Part shown: positions 13,385-26,176 of the stretch, in pieces
Layout of the letters: the number at the start of each line of letters is the position of its first letter
How positions within the stretch are numbered: position 1 is the stretch's first letter
Assembly: GCF_018977255.1 (NCBI RefSeq)
Contig: NW_024704743.1
Span: 110,486,001-110,550,000 of the forward strand
Direction of reading: 5' to 3'
Length of the DNA stretch: 64,000 nucleotides
DNA from: Callorhinchus milii
Taxonomy: Eukaryota
Translations under genes and position numbers: made by a program
The notes under the pieces: model-generated
The model's database searches: none
The model's input: the letters and a program-made list of their open reading frames with translations, nothing else
Told to the model about the DNA's origin: nothing

Positions 13385-14950
13385 TCACATAGAATCATAC
13401 AGCACAAAAAGAGGCCATTCAGCCCATTGAGTCAGTGCTGGCTCTTTGAGAAGAGCAATGTAATGTCAATCCCACTCCCCAGCCCTTTCCCTATAACCCT
13501 GCAAACTCGTCCTCCTCAAATACCCGTCCACCGGGTTTTTAAAAGTTGTTATTGAATCGGCCTCCACCACCCTTGCATGCAATGCGTTCCAGATTCGAAC
13601 AACTCGCTGCATGAAAACATTTCTTCTCACCTCCCCTCTGCTTCTTTTAGATACTATTTTGAATCTGTGACCTCGAGTCACCGACACACCCACCAGTGGA
13701 AACTGTTTTTCCCTTTCTAACCTATTAAATCCCCTCATGATTTTGAAGACCTCTATCAGGTCTCCTCGTAACCTTCTTTGCTCCAATGAGAATAATCCCA
13801 GTCTCACTAGCCTTTCCTCATAATCAAGGTCCCTCATTCCTGGTATCATCCTTGTAAATCTCCTCTGCACCTTTTCCAATGCCTTAACATCCTTCCTATA
13901 GTGTGGTGCCCAGAACTGGGCGCAGTATTCTAACTGAAGCCTAACCAGTATTTTATATAGGTTAATCATAACCTCCTGACTCTTGTACTCTATGCCCCTA
14001 TTTATAAAGCCTAGTATCCCATATGCCTTTTTTACAGCTTTATCTACCTGTCCTGCCACCTCCAAGGATTCATTTACCTGCACCCCCAGGTCTCTGTTCT
14101 TTTACCCCTCTTAAGATTGTATTACCAGCCTATATTGCCTCCCCTCATTCTTTCTACCAAAATGCATTACCTCGCATTTCTCCACATTGAAATTCATCTG
14201 CCATGTGTCTGCCCATTTTACCATTCTGTCTATGTCTTCCTGCAGTTGGCTACTATTCTTTTCACTGTTTACCACCCCACCTAACTTTGTGTCATCCGCA
14301 AACTTGAAAATAATAATAATAATCCTTGCATTTGATATAGCGCTTTTCACGTCGGGAGGACGTCCCAAAGCTCTTCACAGAACACACCGTAAAGTGAATT
14401 GACTGTATATTTGTGGGCGAACGCGGCAGCCAATTGCGCACAGTAATGTCCCACAAACAGTCGTAGATTAAAAATGACCAATTTATTATTGTTTTTAGTT
14501 TTGGAGGGAAAATTGCTACTTGCTATACCCAAGTCTAGATCATTTATATATATATATATATATATATTAAGAAGAGCAGTGGTCTTAATACCGATCCCTG
14601 GGGGATGCCACTGTACACTTCCCTCCAGTCAGAAAAGCAGCCGTTCACCACAACTCTCTGCTTTCTGTCTCCCAGTCAGTTCTGGATCCGTGCTGCCACT
14701 GTCCCTTTTATACCATGGGCTTCTATTTTTCTTACAAGTCTTTCATGTGGCACTTTGTCAAATGCCTTTTGAAAGTCCATATAAACTACATGAACTGCAC
14801 TACCTTTATCCACCCTCTCCGTTACCTCATCAAAAAATTCAATTAGATTTGTTAGACAAGATTTGCCTTTCACAAATCCGTACTGGCTGTCCCTAATTAA
14901 CCCATATTCTTCTAAGTGAAGATTTATTCTGTCCCGGATTAGTCTCTAAC
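13385..14950 (-). mobile_element. CR1-clade LINE, 5'-truncated, interrupted by a SINE at about 14308-14508
   Basis: KSCLTNLIEFF, YMDFQKAFDKVPH, KFADDTKLGG, LEYCAQFWAPHY, LEQRRLRGDLIEVFK. Confidence 0.93.
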
Positions 14951-15474
14951 AACATCAGCAACAACTTGCATTTATATAGTGCCCTCCACGCAGAGTACAA
15001 AGCGTCTCAGAGCGCTTAACAATGGCGGAAGCTGACTCCGAGCCTCCAGCATTTGGAGAAAAAAAACTTATCCCTTAGCATTTCTTGAGTACTCCATCTC
15101 CCAAGTGTTTTAATACCATTTTTCCATTACTAGTTTGTCTCCAGAGATTCTTAGTAATACAATACAAATGTACATCTATACAGCATCTTTCAGGTAAGGA
15201 GGATGTTATAAGGCACTTTACAGTCCTGGCTTGGCATGTAAGCTGGGAGGGTATATTAATATAGTAGTGTATAATGACCAGGGTTTTGACTCCGGTTGAA
15301 TCAGCTGTTTGTGCTGGAGCACCTGCTGAAAGAAAGGCTGGAGGCAAACAGATGATATTTCCATGTCCCTCTCTGACATGTTTCTGACAAATTATCAAAT
15401 GAGAATTTAGACGTGCTGGTGTTCTGAACTGCAGTGCTAATTTTCTCTCTCACGCTGTATTTCTGGATCCGGTT

Positions 15475-15922
15475 GGGTAATGAATTCAAGATCCTCATCC
15501 TCACCTACAAGGTCATTCACGGCCTTGCTCCCTCCTACCTCTCCGACCTACTATCCCCCTACCTACCTGCCCGTACCCTCCGTTCCTCTGGCTCCGGTCT
15601 GCTCCACATCCCCCGCCCCAACCGCCCTACCATCGGTGGCCGGGCCTTCAGCCTCTCAGCCCCTAGGCTCTGGAACTCTATCCCCCAGTGCCTTCGCCTT
15701 GCTTCCTCCCTTTCCTCCTTCAAGGCCGGTCTCAAGACCTTTCTCTTTGACCGTGCCTTCAGCTCCCCTCTCGACTCTCTACCCCCTCCTCGCTCCCTCC
15801 CTTCCCTCCCCTCACCCTGACCATTTTCCCTTTGCTCGGGTCCTGACCCAACTGTACAGCGCCTTGGGACGTCCTACCGACGTGAAAGGCGCTCAATAAA
15901 TGGAATCTTGTTGTTGTTGTTG
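15475..15922 (+). mobile_element. L2 3' fragment (young)
   Basis: EFKILILTYKVIHGLAPSYLSDLL...APRLWNSIP plus (TTG)n tail. Confidence 0.9.
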
Positions 15923-17556
15923 TAATGTGCAATGGGTATTTGGATCTGTTAATTCACCTCAGCTGCACTCATACTACAGTTTGATGTGATGTTGGAAATA
16001 TGTCGTACAGATTCCTGGCTCCAGGGTAGTTTGCTTTTATATCACCCTGGTCAACCCAATACACCAATTTATATCCACAATGATTTGCCACAAAAAGGCA
16101 GTAAAAACTGGGTGTTTGAGTTAATATGCTTCATAATTTTGGAAGCTGTGGTGTGCGGTGGAAAGACTGCTATGATTCCATAGCCATACATATGGTTACT
16201 CTGTCTGAGAGCACAGTTGAAGCACTTATTCTAATGTACTATTTGGGAGCAAGCCAAATTGTGCGTTCAAGTGAGTGTTTGACAAGACAGAGTCCAGCTG
16301 AAATCTGCACATTCATTGTTATGGGTCTGAATAAGAAAGTGACAGGAAAATCTCTATCTGCCTTTAAAAACCTACCTCTGTGACCGTGCCAGCAATCGCC
16401 TCTTTTGCCTGTTTCCCCACCTTCTCCCTTGGGGGGTGATGCAGTATCTGTAAATCAATCGCATGTTCTCTATGATATGAAGTGTACTGTTTAGAGAAGA
16501 TTAGAATTTAACAGTCGCGTAGCTGCCGCATAATTATTTGAAGCTCTTTTCAGACATTCCCCACTTCAGAAATAAGGACTAGTAGCTACTGACTCTAAAT
16601 TTACGATACACATTTTACCACAACAACCTGCGGTGTTTGATCGTTCCATACATCAGTGACTTTTGCTTCAGTACTGCATGCTGTAATGGCAGCTGTCAGG
16701 AAATTGAGCCACCTTGAAAGCTATTTCTAGCTTTAGAGACCTGACCCTGTCTGCACAAGGCTGCTTTAGAATTAATGGAAATAGAAGATATCTTCCGAGA
16801 GAGGAATTACTGATTTTTTTTCGAAGTGAATTGGTGCTGGCTCAAAACCTCAGTTAATTTGACCTTGATTTGGAGTACTTGGTGGTTTGGAGTATTTAAA
16901 GTCCAGAATATTGAAGCTAAAGGTTGGCTGGTGCCACCACACTTCTTTATGGAAGGTGGTTTTATGGTTAGGGTTTCCAGAAATTGACAGAATTCCCACC
17001 ACTGTTACAGCTGATTGTCTGCTTTTTAGCTTGTTATTTCCACTAGTAGGGGAGTCGGTGACTAGGGGCAGTAGTTATAAGATAGTGAAAAGGAGAACTT
17101 AAGAGAAATGTTTTCACTCAGTGAATTGTTAGGATGTGGAATGCTGCCAAGTCAGGTGGTGGCGGCAGAGTCCATTGTGGGTTCAAGAGGGAAGTAGGCA
17201 GGTATGTGAAAGTTAAAAGCCTGTAACAGTATGGGGGTGGAGCAGGACAGTGGGATTGAATCAACAACTTGCTCTAGTAGCCATGCGGACTCGATGTTCT
17301 CCTTCTGTGTTTAAGTTTCCGTCGTTCTCTGAGAAGAGAGAATGTGCTAGGTGGCCTGCCCTGGGGTTTGTTTTGAATTTTCAATGCAAGAGCTTTACTG
17401 CCAGAACTCAATGCAACACTATGTGGAGACACATTATTTCACTGTTGCTTTGTTTAGAATTGAGTCACGGAAGCAAATTGCAAAGTAATTAACGAAAGCT
17501 AATGACACTCCCCTTAATGCCTGGTAAAATAATTTACTTAACATCTCGTCTTACAG

Positions 17557-17667
17557 AGAAATCTCGTTGGACGAGGAAAATACTCGCAGACCTTCGGAAC
17601 AGGAGAGTGAGTGCAGTGAAGTGGAGTCGTCTGCAGTGGAAGCTGACCAAGCTGCTATAGAAGACAG
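17557..17667 (+). CDS. SNX16: SNX16 coding exon 6
   Basis: EISLDEENTRRPSEQESECSEVESSAVEADQAAIED; VESSA motif; phase 2 at both ends. Confidence 0.9.
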
Positions 17668-18513
17668 GTAGACTTGAAGAGGATTAGGTGATCACTATGA
17701 AACAAGTTGGCCATTGTAACTTGTAGTTTTGACCAATGCATGTGGTGTAAAGTGAAATTGTTTTGAGGTTATTTTGGTAGGGAGTAAGTTTAGTATGAAC
17801 AGTCGAGTTCGAAGTGTTGGGGGCCCACATAATAATTTCTTTAAAAAAAATAAAAATAATAAGAATAATTTGGTCACTCAATGCACGATTATTTGTGGGA
17901 CGCTACTGTGCACAATTGGCTCCCGCGTTTCGCCCACAGAATATACAGTCAATTCACTTTACAGTATATTCTGTGAAGCGCTTTGAGGCATCTCAGAGAC
18001 ATGTTAAGGCGTTATATCAAAATGCAAGGATTATTCTTATAAGACAATTTCTAATTTGACACTAAACAATATTAGTCGGAGACTAGTGAAAAATTGGGAT
18101 GCACTAAGGTCTAATTTGTAACCAGTGGTTGCAATCCACTATCATTGCCGAACCTTGGGATTCACAAGGAGCATTTTGTGAATCTTGTAAATTAAGTGGC
18201 TTTTGATAATAATGGACGGCAAATCTCAATTCACTGATGATTCTGGTTTGTGACCATCTCGAGTTAGATCCCACAATTTCACTTTACACCACATGCATTG
18301 GTCAAAACTACAAGTGATCCAGTAGGACGGGGTGTGGGAGGTGACCCTCTTTGATTGGACATCAAAGCACATTTTGGGGTTAAGTCCAGGGAAATTCACT
18401 CTGCAACTGCATTGTACCTATCATAGAAGTGGCAAGTATCTGACCTGAAATTTAAAGTAATGATACTTGTCTCAATTTTAACCCACTCCCCCCACCGCTC
18501 CCTCCAATTTCAG

Positions 18514-18619
18514 CTCTGGAATAGACTCTGACAAAGAACAGACCAATGCGTGCTGGACTAGTCCTGCGACCGAAACAAGTCCGCCAGTAGAAGAAGCCGA
18601 AGCTGCTGAAGAACACTGA
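18514..18619 (+). CDS. SNX16: SNX16 last coding exon
   Basis: Pyrimidine tract + CAG, SGIDSDKEQTNACWTSPATETSPPVEEAEAAEEH-TGA; joined CDS 1041 nt = 346 aa. Confidence 0.8.
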
Positions 18620-21582
18620 TGGAGCATCCATTGTTAGCATCACTGTAGCATGGGTCACCGTTCTCCATTTCAGCGGTAGCTGGAATACAGCTGAAGAGCA
18701 GGACAGACTGAATCTCTGATTTTCTAGGACCATTTGAAATGATGTAGGTTTCTTTCTATGGAGGATCCACTCTGTTTGGATTTGTTTTGTGATTCTGGGA
18801 CCTGCAGTGCACTGCACTAGACAGTACACAAGTATGGAATGGCTGATGTGCTAATCATCTGCAGGTGGATAGTGCACGTAAAATATTTGCCATCTTTGTC
18901 TAACCGAGAGCTTCATATCTGAAGTGAGTGCAAAGTAGATTCCAGGAACCAACTAAATTGAGTTGTTCAATTTTTCAGGTTGTGATTCCTCAGCAATTTA
19001 CACAACTGGCTTTCTTTTAGGTATAAATTTGAAGCTGTTATTGTGTTGGAATGGACCTGCTTTTAATTACTGTTCAAGTTAGTGTCTCAATTGCATTCAA
19101 GTAGCTTAAATGAGCATTTTAACATCTGGTCCCTGACCTCATCTTGGATTTGCTTCCGAAATTGTCTGTTAAACAGATTGTTTTGTTTTAGATCACAATG
19201 AATTTGTACCTGCATTAATTTTAAGTTAGAATTTCCTTGAAGGAAAGCCATAATTCCCTCCCTCAGTGAAACTCAGGCCAATATGACTGTGTCTGTCTGT
19301 CAAAGGTATACGGCAGTGGTAAGCTGTTTATGATGAAGGTGTGGCTAGATAAGGCGAGACTGCTCAGAGTATATCTGTGGTGCACTTTATATATTTTGAC
19401 TTGTATCCCGAGATTCATGAGCAGAACACATCTTAGTTTCAGTTTGGCGAATTGTGTAATGCTTTTCTCAATCTATTGTTAGAAAATTAGCTTGGCCTTT
19501 GTTGCTGCTTGAACATTTGCACGCCTTAGTTGGTTAAGTGCCTTTTTATTCTAGTTTTATTTGAGGCGGAACAGCAATGGGTGTGTTGTGCCTCGCCTAC
19601 ATCCTTGTTTTAAGAGCTGTTCCTGTGAGCTTGTCTGACACGGTGAGCTGTTTAAAGCGAGATGTAGAATGTTTGTATGCCAACACAACTGTCTTTCTGA
19701 AGCAGCAGATTGTATAATTATGAGACGACAATGCATAACACTCCACATAGCAGACTGGGAGCTGGGGGGGTGAGAGCTTGGGGCAAGAAAGGTTTGAAGG
19801 TGGGAGAGGGATATTTGGGTGGAATCACAGAGAGTGGGGGCAGAATAATTGAGAGCTCCATCAGTTATGGTGGGGCAGATGGGGTGGGGATATGAAGCGA
19901 GCTGGGGTTTGTTGAGCAGGCTGTGCAGTAGAGTCATGGGTATGTGGGGTGAGTCCATGGAGGCATTTGAAAGTGAGGATGAGAGTCTGGAATATGATAT
20001 GCTGCGGGATGGGGAACCCGTGCGAATATTGGATTGTCATTAGCTTTCTGTACCTCACCAAGGCTTGACTGCACCAACCTACATGAATGTTTGCTACATG
20101 TCACAGAAGAGTTGTGGAATCCGTGTCTCGTCTTGAACCCAGTCATCCTTCAATCCCCACATACAGGCTCTTGCTGACTTTGCCTTCCCTCACTTATGCA
20201 GCTGCAACTGCCTCAACCACAGCCTTTTCCCACTGGCCTGTTAAATCCTGATCCATGCCACCTCCAGACTCGACTATTCCAATGCTAATCTCCTCCAGCT
20301 CCTCCTACAGCAATAAATAAATAAATCCTTGCATTTGATACAGCGCCTTTCATATCTGAGGACATCTGAAGGTGTTTCTCAAGATTCACTGTAAAGCATT
20401 TTTTTTGGTAGATGAATGTGTCAGCCAATTTGCTCACGGTAATCTCCCATAAAGAGCCATAGAGTGAGTGAATAGTTATTTGAGCAGACCCCAAGAGAAA
20501 CGCCTCAGATCTTTATGTCCATCTAATTAGCAGACTGGATCCCAGTTTAACATCTCATCAGGATGACATCTCCAACAATGCAGGACATCCCCAGCACTGT
20601 ATTGGAATGTCATCAGACAGTTCAGAGTCCTAATGTGGGGCTTGAACCCACAATTTAAGAGATTGCTGCCATCTGAGCCAAGCTGATGTCTAAATCAGTG
20701 GGCAAGTCTTCAGACAATCTGCAGCTGTTCCCAGAAACTCCATCACGGAGAGTCCTTCCACTCCTGCCTTCAAAACCTGCATTGGAAGCTATATCATCTG
20801 CACATTTGGCTACCTTTTCCCCTCTCTAAAGTCTGCCACCCCCTCTGCCCTCCCCCATCCCACTCCGACCACTTGGGGATCCCAGTCTGTCATGTGAAGT
20901 AGTTTGTCACTTTCTACTGACATGAAAGATGCTATATAAATGTAAGTTAACCAGGTTTGTTAATATTGGACTGAGATTCAAAATTTTTATTTCTGAATTC
21001 CAAGTGACAATAAGGGAAACTATTTTAATTCCCTCTATGCATGCTTTAAATTGTTGTATAATATTGGTCGCAGGGCTCCCCTCCACACATGAATGTGTAC
21101 AAACAAATAACCACTCCAGTTTCAACAAGAGGCAATTTATTGGTTTTTGCATGTTTTCATTGTTGCAAATGTTACTTTTTTTCAAATAAACTTTCTGCAA
21201 CATAACTTTCTTTACGTTGCCCATGTCTTAAAATAGACTCTCTAGCTCCTGGTGTGTTCATGTATGTTCATTTTCCTCGCCCACTTTCTTTCCCTCCTCC
21301 CACCCCCTCTTCCTCTTGCAAAACTTCTGTCTTCTACAGGTCCATGGCTGAAATGGTCACAGTTGTTAAAACATGTACTATCTGTCTCCATTCCTTTTTT
21401 TTGTAGCTCCAAAAAGTTTTTTTTAAGACTGAACTTTAGATCCTTTCAAACAAGGAATGTGAAGTAACTTGACTTAACTAATTTCTCTAAATTAACAAAC
21501 AAGGTGCATTAAAACTGGTGTTTGCAGTTGGGTAAAAACTATTAGTGGTTGGAAATAACTGCTTTCGAACAGACAATGATTA

Positions 21583-21775
21583 CAGAAATCACTGGGAACA
21601 CTCAGGCAGCATCTTTGGAGAAAGGAAAGTGAGTCAATGTTTTGTCAGAAGAGTCATGGATCTGAAATGTTGATTCACTTTCTCCATAGATGCTGCCTGA
21701 CCTGCTGAGTGTTCCCAGCGACTTCTGTTTTTGTTTCAGATTTCCAGCATCTGCACTATTTTGCATTTTTTTTAT
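21583..21775. mobile_element. Palindromic non-autonomous element derived from the Penelope terminal repeat
   Basis: Right part matches about 60400-60525; left arm is its reverse complement. Confidence 0.8.
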
Positions 21776-23203
21776 TGGTTCTTCCTGCAATGCTTTTGAA
21801 AGACTTGGTTATTTGTTTTCAGCCTAATGCTGCTTTGGGATGAATAAATTCTCAGCCACACTACAGATGGAATGTTGAATCTCCATAGAGGAATGTCCTC
21901 TACAATACAGTTCAATATTGATCAGATGAGTTTAACTTCATCTACAGAAGTAATTTTACCATTTGATCCAGTGTGCCTTATGGGAATGTTGATGCACACC
22001 GAATAAGTACGTTTGGATTGATGCTGAAAGAATATGCAGCCGTCGATGGAAAATGATTGGCCATATAAATGGAAAATGATTGTCAAGGACTTAGCTCCCT
22101 CTGTTGGCCTGGTACAGTTCTCTTACATCAAACTTACGTCAGCCAGTGTGGAATAGGGCAGGATAAAACTTTAAAATAAAGGGCATGTAGGATGCAAATG
22201 TTCTCCAAATTTAACACAGAGTCCCACCTTGACAGAGGGATAAACAAGAAAAACTAACTAAACCTGAAGATCATTGGCTGACAGACTGCTTGGGTACCAG
22301 AAGCCTTGGAACACAGAATGATTCTTCCTAAATGCTTTCTTGTTGGTTTGCTCAATATTAATGAATCTGAATATGTAACAAAGACACAGGGAATTTGTGG
22401 ATCCCAATCATCTGAACACTGGGATGTCCAAGCCTAGATTTGTATCCTAAAAATAGCTAGAACTACAGAATGTTCCATAATTAGGCCATTGAACAGCCCA
22501 AATAATGGCAGCACAAGCAGAGGCTTGCAAACCATTCCATCCAAATACTGTGGGTGTCAGACAATTGATACCAGGTTTCACATGACAAATCTGCATCATT
22601 TGTGACGGTTAAATGACCTTCTTGTAATGCAGTAGGAGTTATCTAATATTATGTGGCCCCTATACAGGCCAACTGCTATGTGTTTTGTTACAATGTGGGT
22701 TCGCTTACAGCAGGATTGTGATATGGACCTTGCATTTACGTATTCAAAAATCCCAAATGCATACCAGCTGCTTCAAACAGCTGATTGGCATAGGGAATCC
22801 ACAATGGCCAATTTCTGGGTCATCAGGTTACTGCCAACGTCCCTTCCTGCCCATTCATTCTACATGCTCAACATGCTGGAAGGGTCCCTGATAGCAATCT
22901 GATGGCCCAAAAGTCTACAATTTTCTTTTAGCCCCGGAGCCTAGCAACTTTCTGTGCACTTGTGCAATAAATAGATGTGGACTGACTGGCAATAAAGATG
23001 GTTGGAATTTTATGAACCTCCCCAACTATCACCTTATAACAGGGCTCTTCTGTATTTCCCAAATTGTATAGGGTGTGGATTATTCAGAGCCTGAAGATAC
23101 ATAACAAACTGGAGGTAAATAGCATGGGCATCTTTTTGAAATACAATTTTTGATGCTGTTTATAATGCAACATTAAATTTTGAAACAAAGAATTGCAAAT
23201 ACA

Positions 23204-23220
23204 AATAAAGAATATTTATT
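23204..23220. terminator. Adjacent opposite-strand AATAAA signals (candidate SNX16 and CHMP4C polyadenylation)
   Basis: AATAAA on + at 23204-23209; TTTATT at 23215-23220, between the two convergent stop codons. Confidence 0.4.
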
Positions 23221-23789
23221 TACAAATTAGATTTGTACTTCATTCACACCTACAGTATCAGGCAGATCAAACAGATATTGACTATAGGTTGCATTAAAAT
23301 AAAGCAAATGATTGTTATAGTTTCTATTAGCCACCAAGATAATAAATGTTACCAAGCAAATCCAGTAACCACACCTGTTAAAATAGTAAATTGATATAGA
23401 TCAGATGTTAAATTAGATAGAAAATCAACTTTGTCATAACTAACCAACTTAAGACAATTTGGCCAAATATACAATTTAACAAAAGTAAGTCACAATAATC
23501 AGAACTTGAGACATTATTAAATATCAACTAACTCAATTGCTCAAATATTATAATATAGTAAAAAAACTTCTGATCTCAAGCCATAGGAGTGGAAAGAAAG
23601 GTCCATGTTTAAAATAGACGCAGCTTATTTGGTTGTCAACCCTAGCAGCCCTGGGTTGTGTAGCAATTTAATGTCTCAATGCAACAGGACCTAGGTAATG
23701 ATCCACAATAATGGCTATTTTCTAACTATCATTCAATAATCCTTATCACTTTGCTGTCTTAAAATTGGATTTTAAAAGAAATAGTGAAG

Positions 23790-24090
23790 ACTCAAAGCGC
23801 TTCACAGAATATACTGTATTTTGTAGACAAAATGCAGCAGCCAATTACAAGTAGCAGTGTCCGACAAACAGTCGTGGATTGAGTGACCAAGTTATTATTT
23901 ATTTTTAAGGGATTATTACCCCCAGAAAAGCAATCCACCAATCGACTAATAACCGGGTTCCTATTTACTGCTCAGTAAACAGACATGTGAAGCAAGAGAA
24001 CTTGCCCAATGTTTCGCCCTGCCCGGGAATTGAACCCAGATCCTCTCGCTTGCGAGACAAGTGCTCTAACCACTGAGCTACAGGACTCCA
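23790..24090 (-). mobile_element. tRNA-SINE copy
   Basis: Head CTGAGCTACAGGACTCCA ending at 24090. Confidence 0.85.
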
Positions 24091-25098
24091 ATTCTCAATA
24101 ACAATGATTTTTGTCAATGGGTCTTGGGGAAAACAGAATGGAGGTTGAGCTACTATCTTACAATCAATAGAAAGTGAATTTAGAGTTCAATACACTTACA
24201 TCACATTTGACTAGTTTCAGTGAAATTCTTTGAAGAGTAACCAAAAGCAATGCCAATGGGAGGGGGAAAGATGACCAAAAGCACAATCAAAGAGGTAGGT
24301 CTTAGAAAGATCTTGAACAAGCTGAGGGAGAGAAAAAAATCTGAGGGAATTGGCGATGGAGTTCCAGAGAGTGATGGCAGACAGGCTGGAAGCCCTTTGG
24401 TAGGGCAGGGGAATATGAAACAGCCAACTGAGTAAAAAAAGCAATTGAGTCAGCAGGGTTTGAGGAGGTTGCACAAGTCGGGTGGGGCAAGCCCTTGAAA
24501 GGATTTAAAGGTGAAAACTAAAGATTGCAAGTTGAGGAATAGAATGAGGGTTTCGGAAAATCTACGCGTGGAATAACTTGCAAGGGGTGGTTGTTAGAGC
24601 AGTCAATTGGATTATTTGAAAAGAATTGGACAAGCGGTTACAAAGCTAAATGAAAGGATACCGGAAAAGAGCAGGGAATTGGGTTTAGCGTGGACGGCTT
24701 TTTGGAAAAGCAAACACCGTCATGAAAAAATGGATCAAACAGCCTTGTACCGTGTGATATACATTTCTATGGTTCTATACAATGGAAGGAGATATCCCAG
24801 AATCCAAAATGGCTTCATTTCTAAAAGTGCGCAAGGTGACATCTGAAATTAGATGCCAAAGTTAGTCTGGCTTGAATTTCTGGGAGAATTATATATATAT
24901 ATATAATACACACACAAACAGATAATGATTTGCTCAAATTACAAACCATACTTAGTGAACATGACAGATAGCATGTCATAGAATCGAGTCCTTTCTAATA
25001 ATTAGAAAGAATATAAAATGTCAGACAAATTACACAAGAGTGAAACATCCACTTCAGCACCGTTATCGTAACCGTTCCACATTTCTTTTATGGAATTT

Positions 25099-25160
25099 CT
25101 AGATCCATGATTCCAACTTCTTCATCTCGTCATCTTCCTTTGGCTTTTTCTTAGCTTTAG
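25099..25160 (-). CDS. CHMP4C: CHMP4C last coding exon (ALIX-binding C-terminal helix)
   Basis: AKAKKKPKEDDEMKKLESWI-TAG; MxxLxxW motif; acceptor TTGTTTCCAG. Confidence 0.9.
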
Positions 25161-26070
25161 CTGGAAACAAGAAAGATGCAAAATATTTCAGGGCAATGGA
25201 TACTTTAACTGTTTTCTCACATGGCAGAAAAAGCAAAATTCCTCAATTATAGCAATTACAGGGAATATCAAATGTTCTGATCATTGAAATGGCTAAATTG
25301 ATAATTAGATGTGTTGTTCTAGTTAGAAAGATCCACAATGTACTTTGTGCACATTAATATTTCAGCAAATGTTTTCTTACATGACAGCTGCTATGGGTGA
25401 AAGGAGTGTTTTGTTTCTGGACATGATCTAGGCACACTGGAAGTGAAGTATGATCAGTGTACAATTTGGAGTCTGCTGGATATGACTGTTATGAGAGACA
25501 TCTTCCCTGTTTCCCTTCAATCTTCATTGGGCTTTAGATATTGGGTGACCAATTCTCACTCTCAAAAGTTGCATACGTTTTGTTTTTCAGCCCCTCTAGG
25601 AATGTGATGTTTGAGAATTTATTATCTATCTACTGTAATCTTCTAAGGGACACATCAAGATCTTTAAAAATATATTTTTCACTCTCCTGCGACACATTAT
25701 TTCCTACTTAAGATAGCAACATTGCAATAGCCACTTGCTGGGGGGTTTATGAAAGTAATCAGGTTATATACTCCAATTTTCCCCCCTCCGTTCAAGATAC
25801 CATGACCTCAGAAATGTTTAGTGAAGTGAAACTTAGATGATTAATATTGATGTGTCATATCTGAACTATTGCACCAAATCACAAATGTATGTAAACATGA
25901 GGTTTAAAAGCTTATGAAGGTTGTTGCTTATTAAACAAGTGTTTACCTTCAAGACAAGTTATTATTTACTCAAATCTTTGTACAAATTTCACTGAACCAG
26001 AGAATCAGTAGCATTTATCAAAGAAACTGTGTACTTTGTGAATTTAAACAGATAGTATTGGTCACCTTAC

Positions 26071-26176
26071 CTGATTTAGATGGCAGTGAGGTGGCTGGAA
26101 CTTTTGGCAGTCCATGAATCATTTTCTTATTTAGATCCTCTTGTTCCAGTTCCTCTAATTCTGCCAGCAATTCATC
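26071..26176 (-). CDS. CHMP4C: CHMP4C exon 4
   Basis: DELLAELEELEQEDLNKKMIHGLPKVPATSLPSKS; MIM2-like LPxVP; AG/GT boundaries. Confidence 0.93.

Noticed and set aside
13466..14083. 205-aa ORF and similar ORFs at 8833-9471 and 41809-42594 as host genes
   Set aside because: Fragments of truncated CR1/L2 ORF2 with frameshifts or stops; no sign of domestication
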